The position numbers and the translations under genes were made by a program. This document shows positions 13,801 through 25,100 of a DNA stretch of 64,000 nucleotides, in pieces; the stretch's first letter is position 1; every line of letters starts with the position of its first letter. Under the pieces are notes generated by a model that was given only the letters and a program-made list of their open reading frames with translations, was not told the origin of the DNA and ran no database searches. The stretch is taken from the NCBI RefSeq assembly GCF_002113885.1, contig NW_018404881.1:19558-83557 (forward strand), in the 5' to 3' direction. This DNA comes from Mizuhopecten yessoensis (lineage: Eukaryota).

Positions 13801-16800
13801 GCATAAGTAAATCAAAACAAAACAAAACGCAAGAGCGTATTGAAATAAGGTGTTAATTAATCCTACCTTTGAACAGCTGATACTAATTAAATCCTGTATT
13901 TACATTTGTTAGATACCCTCATGCCGTGCTTGTCACCTGTAATATAGCATGTATTGTGCATTACATACGCATTATGTAGTTTATCTTACAGATCTGTAGA
14001 ACAAAAGCTTAACCGTGTGTGTTATATATAAACTATGACGAAATTTAAAAGATATAGGGAATTTAATTTAGGGAAAACCTGCGTAAAAAGAGTGTGGTAA
14101 AGGTAATATACTATAATGATATAAGTACAAAATGAAAATAAATGTTACTCAAAAACTATTAAAATCATTTTAACACCTGATCGAAGTCATTGAACATAAA
14201 ATTAGTGAGTATATTTTGTGAAATAAAAAGCGAAGACAGATGTTATAGAAATACTTAATTGCCAGTAAACAACATATGTGTTGAGTTCGGAGGCAAGGGC
14301 TATTTGTTTTGGAGACTTTAAATATAATTATATGGACAAACTGTGTCCATCTTTTGAGTCTTGATGGTCTGTTTTCCCCCTTCATAGCCAGCAAACTCCT
14401 TGCCAAATCCTTTAATTTCATTTCATTGCCAGATGTATATATGTGTTGTCTGTAAATAACATTACAATTATGGACCATGTCGATCGTATATAACCTTCAG
14501 AATATTAAATGAGAGAGAGAGATAGTGTAAACCTCTTTACATAAGTCACTTATTTCCATCGTTACATACAGCGGAGCATTCATGGACAACTTACCTCTAC
14601 GCTGGAAGAGAAGGTTTACGTTTTCGATTTTCTGGTCATAAACTTTGCCTTTTCTTATGATAACGTCCCTGCTTTTCCATCTTCGGTTTCAGCACGTCGC
14701 AGTGGAATCCATATTCAATGTTTTGAAAATAACGATTTCAGTGAAAAATGCCGAATGTTAAAGAAAAAACCTACAGCAAAGGTGTTCGACACATCAGACT
14801 TTCGTGAAATGCAAGATCATAAAGGCAGTGTTCAAGTTTTATTATCGCCACCATGAACTCGTAAGGAAATTATATTATTACCCAGCTTCATCAATTTTCT
14901 GTTCAAATTACGATTTTATTCACACTTAAGTAATCTCCTTAAACATTATTGGAATATTCTGTTATAGAACCTTGAAAGCTGTATAGTTTGCCGGAAGGAT
15001 TTATATCTCCGAATATACAATTATATGTAAAGATTTGAGTGCGCGCGTGTGTTCGTGCGTGCGTGCGTGTTACCGTGTACGTTAATTTTCGTAGGTACCC
15101 TGTGTATAGATACATTGTCCGCATTCAGGATTTACTGTGTTAGTATTTTTTCCGTGAAATTCCTGCCTAACGTTTTATGTTAAGCTAACCTTTAGTTGAT
15201 CCGGAACCGGGACGACAATAGTATTATTTTATCTATGTGTCGTGTTTAAACAATTCACCTGTCATAACAAGTCACTGATGACTCACCAGGACACCTTATA
15301 CCTAATTATATACTCATATATATGTATGTGTGTGTGTGCCTACCAAGTGTACTCAATGGCGTTGGATTTCAAATAAATACAATCTACGTACATGCCACAT
15401 GTGCCACCCTGTAATTTGTATATATTACCCCTATAATATACAACAGTACACAATGCTCACACCTCATCTGTAAGTTCGTTTGATGTTAATCTATCAATAG
15501 GAAATATATCTTCATCATTTCAATGACATCTTATTTCTTCACTTTTGTATCGTTTTAAATATATATTGGATATTTTTTGGTAAAATAAACTTGTTTTCTG
15601 GACAGATGGATCTTGCCTGTCAGGATAAATATAATAAGACTGAATTCCAGAGGAGATCATGTTCTTGTTTAAATATCATGAAAAAATACATGTTATGTTT
15701 CTGTGGTTCAAATGTAAATACAGATAGAAAAATGACGTCAATTGGGTGTCTTACATCAGAGTCAATGTATATTTTCTCTTAAATCCTCGTACTAAATGCA
15801 TCGGCATTTTTTTTTCAATGATTTAAGTTTGAAACAATATCAGTTAAACATGTAATTGATAGCAAGCCTTCTTTTTTCATGAGATACTTTCAAGGATATT
15901 TTGTATGCTAAAATACCGAGGGCTTCCGAGGAAGTCTTCCAATCCAGTATAGATTATACTTCGGGAGTAACAAAAACCAAGTTCAATTCATTTAAAGACG
16001 TCAAATACATACCTGTATGTAAACACTCAGGTGCTTCCCAACGAAAGGTTTGTAGCATATATCAAATAATTTGTCTATAAAATACTGTATTTACAGGTAT
16101 AGCGAAATATATTATAAACGTAAAATAATATGATACATCTGAAACTGAGCTTTGTATTTACAGGTTATACGAGTATGCCAAATAATTATTTAAGTATAAT
16201 AATTGTACTGATTTGTTTTTACATAACTGAGATTATCATATATTTTTATATAATACCTGACACTATAGATATATTGTATAACACAGATAATGATACTTAT
16301 ATTTATAGTGCACTAAAGTGATGATACATGATATATATTATAATATTCATGGATGTTGTTAATTACACTATTATAGTGCAACATAACATGAATATATGAA
16401 AAACACTGTAGTATTGTTGCTTAACAGGGATAGATTAATGTATTTACATAGTGAGTGACAATATGAAAGTGCTACATAACGGAAATTATGTTGTTAATTC
16501 ATATGCAAGTAGTAAGAGACAGTTTAGTAAGGTTACATAACAGAGATTATTATATTTACTTATGTAGTAAGTGTCACAAACGTTATGTACATACAGGAAT
16601 TATTTTATGAATTTATATAATTAGTGGCACTATACAGAGATACACAGTTCACGTAACCTTAAGAGGGTCTGTGTATTGTTTCTACGTTATGTACAAAACA
16701 ACAGTGTAAAAATTAATATGGAGATACAAAGGTTATGAAACTTAGTTATAATTGGACAACGATCTTACTTTTGTTACATTTACATAATAACATTTGTTCG

Positions 16801-19186
16801 ATAGGGCTAATCTAACCAAACCAAACAATAACCAAACTACTATAAAAAGACTCAGTTAAATGGCATCAGTTCAATACAAAAAATAAATAATTCCTCGAGC
16901 TATGTCGTCAAGTGCTTTTTCACGAATAAAATGTCTTATTTGAAAGCGATCATAAAAGGAAATCAGAACATATCTTATAAAACGCAGATTGATCAGTTAA
17001 GGAATAAATAAGACAATATATATCCAATCAATGAAATCAATCAACAACCAATTTCCTAAGCTTACGTACGTATATCTTTAAGGAAGTTTGTGTAACGCTA
17101 TTGTTATAAGGAGACAAAGCTCTTATCACATAGACCGCAGCGCTCTGTCGTTTGCACGAATGGGCAAACATGGGCCAGTTATTTAAGACAATGAATATAG
17201 GTCTGCATAGGTCTTTGTTGCAACAAAACGCACGATTTGATAAGATTGTAAGTAAAACAAAGATATGCGTTAACGTCAGGTCATGTGTAATGTTAATTAA
17301 AACAAACCTGCTACTGATATTTGCTAAATACAATGACCAGTTGTATCGGCAGTCTCTCCTCCACTTTTGGAAAACATGTCATCGTTAACTGGCGAAATAA
17401 CTCTGAAAAATAATACTTACATATACTTTGAACGTAAGCGCTTTTTCGCTTCAAGTATTTCGCTAAATTGTGGTTGAGCTTATTGAGGTTTTTAGATATA
17501 ATTTCCTATGGCATATTGCGACTGCGGATATCGATCAATGCGCTAGCATATAAAAAAAACGATAATATGTTTAAATTCAATTCCGCTCAAATAAGTCCTT
17601 TTACACTTAGGTAACAATGTTTATTGTACACTGTATAATCTATCTTTCAGTGAATGGGGAAAGCATTTGAGATGTGGCGACAGAAATGGGAAGCAAGCCA
17701 AGCAGGTAACATCTAACTTAACATTGTTATGCAAATTCCTGTATTTCAAAATTGGTCTCGACGATTTCGACATAACGAAGTTGAAATGTAGTTGAACTAA
17801 AATGTTATAAATGTAAATTGGTATTACAATTTGTAAATTATTATCACTGTGACTCTTGCACCTGTATATCAATTAGTTTAGTCACCTTGTGCATTTGATT
17901 GAATACCTTTAAATCGGGGGAAAAGTAAAAATGAAATCGATAGATTATAGAGATAATGTTGGCATTCGTTTTCTTGTTATTTGGGAGACTTCAACACACA
18001 ATTATACAGTTATAAACTTGATAAACATATGTATCCACACATCTTTAGTACAAAAGCGGTTATCTCCCTTGGCTCTACAGACTCGTGTGCATCGTGGGAT
18101 TTGCTATCTTGCACAACAATCCAACAACGTCACGTCAACAATATTGCAAATAGTGTCATATCTGATATAGGTGAGATATGTATATATTCTGTAAGAATAC
18201 AAAATAAATAATTCACTAATGTCTATGTAGTAAAAGGTTAAAAACCGTTAGGGAGTATATGGCATCAAAGTATGACCCCGTATTGTAGTTTATGTACATG
18301 TACCCCCTACGTCCCTTTAGTACATTTAGGATTACTTTCATTAACCAGGAAGCCATACATGTAGTTAACATTATAGATATTTCACTTCTAAACTGAAATA
18401 TATTTTAACAATGAATATTGCATAAATGAATGCGAGTTTAGAACTGATTTTCTCCTAATGGCTGCTACGATTCTTTTATGAATGTAAACACACAGATAAA
18501 CAGAATTGGTCTGTTATGGCTGCCGTTGGTTAAATGGTACGTCTTTTCATCCAACAAGAAAGTTGTTGTATCTACATTGTGTTTGTCTGTACTCCATAAT
18601 CACTGGTCGCGCGTGTATTACGTGAGAACATGTTACAATGATAAGAACATCGTTGGTAAGGTATATGTATAAGATGAAGATCAGGGACTTGCAGTCATCT
18701 ATTTTGGCAACATTTTAGAATCCAAGTGAAACATCGACCAGACTTCTCTATATTCCCAAAAAGTTTTTTATTCTATTATATTCCGTCAAAACATTTAACA
18801 AATAATGAACAAGAGCTGACTGAAATCTTGGATTTTGTTTTAATTTGTAACCCTTACCAACAATTTCTCAAAGCGTTCATTGGGTTTTTCCCTGTGAATT
18901 GGCATTTGGAGATACTGATGTTAGCATTGAACTACTGCACTTGAGATCCACGGGAGACCATTAGGTCAACTAGACAAAGGTTGTTTCAATGCAGCGCATT
19001 ATCTCTATCAACCAAGTACTAGATTGTATTTTTGAAAGAGGGACATTTGTAATTAAAGCGACCATAAACTAGCTTGATGATGATCTTACACTGACTGTCA
19101 TAGCGAAATTCTAAAATCTAGTTTTGCACATATTATCTCTCAATTTGAATATGTAAAATAAAAAATATAATTATTTCTGTCCACAG

Positions 19187-22100
19187 TCTGAATGAAAGCT
19201 CCTTTTCAAGTATTGCAGACCACAAAATGGCAGAGTAAGTAAACACAATATCTAACAGTTCGATTATATGATTTTATATAAACACGTCCTCTTCGGAAGT
19301 TCGATAGTGCTGAATAAGAAGCAGACACATTTAACACTGCGTAGAAAATTACTCTGCAATCCCTGTTCAAAACAATGGACAAAAATTCTTCCACAAACTG
19401 TTACGGTGAAAGTATCGTTTATTGAAATAGCGTTGTGATCACCGAGTCCATGGTTTTGTCTCATTCATTTTAACAGATCAACTGAAAAATGATATTGCTA
19501 AGAATTTTTTTAGTATTCTATCCATCTTTGACCTGGCACCCCGAAAAAAAGAACCTAAAAATGGTTAGTTGCTTAACATCATACGAAGTTTCGGATAATC
19601 GAGAGGCCACTTAAACGAACTTGTACTGAAGATGTCTTCACAACATGAACTAAATATAATTGAAACCTTTTGCCGTGAAACTTTATTGAATGTGACAAAA
19701 TCCAATATGTTTTACAAGTTTTACGTACAGTTTATAATGACACTGTCGAAACGAAAAAGACGTGGAAAACGCAAAAATCGTGGACAGGTGGTGACGTCAT
19801 CATTACTTAAACTCCAATTATCTAGCAAATGAAATGTTTAATATGATATCTTATTTCTTTATATCCCAGCTCGATTGCGTACCAAAACATTATTCTGGTG
19901 AAAACAAAACCATGGGACTCCCAAAAAAGGAAAGATCAGTTTCCTACAGAAGAGGTTACAGGTGATAAAATGACTTTCGAAACAACAATAATCGATGTTG
20001 AGATCACACATCCTACACTGACCGAGAAGGAATGTACAGAGAAGGACATATTTCCTATGCCTTACGTCAACCTCGACAACGACAAGGAGCAGGAGTTTTA
20101 CACACTGAAGAACTCCAGTGGTCAAATAGTGGTATCTGTTGAACCTAGAATTCCTAAACGAAACGCAATATTTACCTTCCATGTCAAACGGAAAGGGAAA
20201 CAATCATGGGATCAACATCACGTTAAAAAGAAGGTACTTGTGTAACGTACGACTTTAAACTGTCTGAACGGTTTTTGTTGTTGTTGTTTGCATTAGATCT
20301 AGTTCCCATTTGAAATTCAATAGTTCATATTAGTTGTGCAATATAATCGCTAATGATCGATTGCAATTGGTCAATAAACATCAGTTAAGACTTTGCTCCT
20401 TGTATTATGAAAAAAAAAATTGCATATTATGTGAATGTATATTCAAATGAAAATGAATACATTTGACACGTCTAACTAACGACATTACTAAAGACATAGA
20501 ATAAAACATCACTAGCAGCTGTAATCTTAATTTGAAGTGTAAACTAGTAATTATCGGTATCATTAGAAACTGATATTTTTTCGTCGAAGCTGTTTAGTGC
20601 GCACATATCGGTGTCATAACGCCTCAGTTACATGTTTTAGAAATTAGTCCTCTTTCGAAAACAAAAGTGACATATATGTTTTGCTTTCTCAGTCTATTCT
20701 GGAGGCACAATCCCATACATCTTGGTATCATTGCAGATTTCAGCAAATGTAAGGTGCACATATTCCAGAGCTATTATATCTATGATAACCTTTTGAGGAA
20801 TAAACTCTTCAGGTGTGGCATCATTTGAAATGATCTAAGTAGTTTTCCGAAAAAAGTTAATGCGTACGAATCAGTGCTATAACAACTCGGTCAAATGATT
20901 TCGAAGTTCGAGTTTCAGAACAACAAGATTGGAATGTACATTTTGCATCCTCAGTCCTTTCCAGAGTGAAAACCCAATAAGTCATGTCATCATTGGAATG
21001 ACCATTCCAGCCACTTCCACAAACAAATGTGTAGTGCGCGTTTCTCAGAGCTATATCACCCCGGGTATACATATTAAGTAAACAAATGGGTAATGAAGAA
21101 TCGAGAAAAATGTACGCTATTTTTTGTAAATTAGCACTTTTCAAATTGTAGAAAGGAGAGATGACTGTGTTTATAGAAACAGAACAACTTGATATTGACA
21201 CCGTGTTTATAACATCACAACTTGAGGTCCAGACTGTTGAAGTCACTCGAGCCGGCTGTGCGAAAAAACTTGATCCTAATGACGAGAACATGAAGATTGA
21301 ATTTCAACCCGAGTCTGTGAGAAGTACCATGGAAGTCACAATCGAGGTCTGTAAACACTACTATTCCAAAAAAGGGAATATATATTTTAATTCTTGCAAA
21401 AAATGTGAAAAGTCATGACTACCAAATAGTTTAATGTGAACCAACCGGGTTGACGAAACCGTTGATATGACAAAAGTAAATAATTTAGAACTCTTATCAA
21501 ATCATGTTCGTGTTAAACCGTGACCACCGCTATGTCATAATGCTTGAAGCATAACTTCATCTTAGCCAAATAACTGTGATGTCAGAATTAAGACAATGGA
21601 AAGTATGCCATGGTATGAACGTTGCATTGAAGAAGATAAACATGGAGGTAAGATGGCTTTGTTGAAGACAAATTATACTCAAAGAATATTCATCGTCATG
21701 CTAAAAAGAGATTTTGAGTTGGTTTCTAGTCTCGTGTTATAAACCTCAAAATATAGTGAACGTGCATTATGACGTTAAAAAATACACACCTAGTGACGTC
21801 ACCGGCAACATACAAACTGGAATCGTCGAGAGTATTATGTACTTGCGCAATATAATTACATTGATTGATTGTACCTTCAGAAACATTTTTCTAAAGGCCT
21901 GTGTTAAAGTAAAACAAAGCTTGGACACACGCATGACTGTACATAGATAACAGGCTTAAACTCATTCGTACCTCTACTGCGCAAAGGAGGTAACATTCCT
22001 TTATATATGGCAAGTTTTTATTCTAAATTGTAGTTCAACCATTTTAAACAAATTTTGACAAACTTTTCATCACTAAACAGATAAAAATTGTAGTTGACTT

Positions 22101-25100
22101 TCATTCATTATTTTGCAAATGATAGTGAATTGCATACACTTCTAAAATTTTTGAACCCCTTGTTTCTTTAAGCGATTGTTAAAGTAGCATTGCTGCGTGT
22201 TTAAATCGCAATTAAACAGAAAATAGAACAATTTCGTTTATTATGCGGAGAAACAACATTTAATTCCTTTAACTGTGCCGGGAATTTTCGTCAAAATAGA
22301 TTATAAAAAGCTTCAGAAAAACGTCGATAATAATTATTACTTAGCAAACTTACTTCGTATACCAACATTACTTTGTATGATATAAGTACTGCTCGAAAGA
22401 GTGCAGTACCTTTGTTGTCAAGCGAAGCTACAGGACAGCAGAGTGTACTTCAGGGGATCTTAAAGGTACGAACATTGGTCTTTTAGGTTACCTCTCTTGA
22501 TGATATCGTAAAGGTAACGAAACTGGGAAAACTGTTTGGTAAAAACCACGGTATACTGGGAATCTCTGACATGGTGAACGTGACACACGAAGGAAACTTC
22601 CTGCTACCTGTCAACCTAACATTAGCCATGCAGCCTCTACAACCCCAGCCTGTCGATGAACTGCCCGCTTCACTCGTCTTGTATGTTGAGGACGATACAA
22701 TCCAAGAGCTGGAACAAGCGACGGTAGAACAAATTGCTGACAACCTTTTCACCATTTCGACGAATCACTTTTGTCCGTAAGTATTTTTAATTCGGGTTTT
22801 TTCACATTTATTCCCAGTACTTTAACATGCTACAATGTACAAGCACATCCTCACCTCTTTTCAAAACAAAACTAGCCATTTAGGATCCATCGAAAATACT
22901 TTGTCCAATAGTGTTGTTATACAGAAGAAGTTAAGATGTCATAATAATTGAACTTTGTATTACAAAAACGCGTTTACCTATTTCAGGTAATAGGATTGTG
23001 TCGCCATTTCTCAGTAGAATTTATTCCAATTTTGTAGTTATATTGCTTTGAAGTAACATTTTCTGCCACAAAAAAAATATAGGTTGTCAGAATTTTAAGG
23101 ATTTTAAATGGAAATTTATGTAAAAAGGAGTGAATTTTGAAAAGAAATATGAAACACACAATTTTTTCCAAAATAATGTCAATAAAAATGATACTAACAT
23201 AGATTAGTATTGCATTGATGTATATCAATTTCATAAATACTGAAATTGTGTAAAATTAATTATTTATAAACCGATTAAAAATTGATATTTTGTAATAAAA
23301 CCATATACACATAGTAATTGCATGCAAGAGTTATCGTTCTTGAAAAACTTCACAGTAGTGAAATAGGTAAAATGGACACATGTGACTCATTGATTAAAAA
23401 ACAACTGAATTAATGCCTGGATTGCTTTGCAATACTTTAATATTGAAAGAACACACTGTTCTGTCAATAATAATCATACAATATTCATCACTTTAATATT
23501 AAACATTAGATTATGCGGAAATTGTGATACTGTCTCCCTACATTGGATTTTCAACTAGGGATGTACTTCCTATTTCCGTTTCACAATACACTCCTATGAT
23601 CTTAATCTTTCTTATCAAAAACTTTGACAGAAAATATCAATTTCGTATGTTGTATCAATCAACCGCTTCGTAGTGTATGAACATTTAACTATAATAAATA
23701 TGTATATATATATTTCAGGGTAGTATGTGTAAGACTGAGACCAACTGTCCGTCGGTTTCACGCGGAAAAAGCTCTCAGATATGTTTACGATCTCGACGAT
23801 CCAAGGTGTAACATCTTACTGTTTTCCAAAAAAGATGGAAAATTACTACTCCTTCGCTCAGAAATAGTGTCTGAAGATGAAAGGTTGAAAAAGGAGCAGG
23901 AAAGAACGACTGGAATGGGCATGAATTTGCTGCCGACTTGCACGTCACCAACAATACGATTGAAAAATATGGACAGAGTGAGAATTTCTTTGGCTAATCA
24001 TATGTTCCTAAAGTTCGCGACTGGTATCCCGCTGGCAGGGCGCTTTATCGTGTTTGACCGGCATAATAATGATAGCTCCCTCTCATTTCATGTTGAAGAA
24101 AACAAAGAGTTTGGAGCTGGAAGCATGGCTACACTGGAATATGACTTAGACAGTGGTCGGAATCGAAGGTCACTTCACAAAGCAACGTTCAATGCTTTGA
24201 AAGAAATGACAAATCAAAAAAATCCTACCTTGTCAAGACATTGTTCGCAAGACACCTTAAGTACAAATCCAGGATTGCAAACAACATATTACACACGGCA
24301 AGTATCTGATTCTTCTAGGTATAGAACTTCCACTGAAACGTCTGCCGGAATTGCGTCTGTACGTGATGATGTCACTCCCTCTTCGTCAGCTACTGACGTA
24401 AAAGAGGGAAAAGCGATCAGTCTCAATCTTCCAGACATGAAGCTAGACTTGTTGCCATCCCGATTACCTGAAAACTCTCCACAAACCGGAAACACCAAAT
24501 TACCAAAACATGTGACAAAAAACAAACCCCAGGTTCTTCCCGGTGCGGTTAAAGAAGAAAAAGACGTCTCTAAAACAGGAACAAGACCGGCTTCTACCGG
24601 AGATAAGGATTCATGTTCAGGTAAGTTATTTATTATTAACAAACATGTCGCTGTCTTACAGATTATTTTATCGCAATGTTATGTAGCTCGTATATGATAA
24701 AGAACAAGTCCTCTAAATATTTTCTTAATTCTATTGCAAACGAGACTGTGTATCTTTCCAATAGACATGGACTCTGCTATATGATAAATGGTAAATTTCT
24801 GCTTATTTTCCAGGATCAAAGAAAGTCTGAAAATTCCAAAGATGACAAAACAAGAAATGGAAAGTTTAAATGATCACCAGAATTATTATAGCACATATGG
24901 TAAACCCAGCGACCCGTTCATTTAAATGTATAAGTAAACTTCAATTATACCACACAAATCTGGTCAGCAGCCTACATCAAAGGCGTAAACTTTATAGGCT
25001 ATTTTTAACTGTTTAACGCATAGCAATGACCCTAGTACGGCACTAACACTTCAAAATATCAATTAACAGAGGGCGCCATATTATTGTTTTCTCCGTCATA

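Noticed and set aside
14590-14760. Additional upstream coding exon of gene B
   Set aside because: A good donor exists at ~14594, but every frame has stops or is incompatible with the next exon. At most it is a 5' UTR exon.
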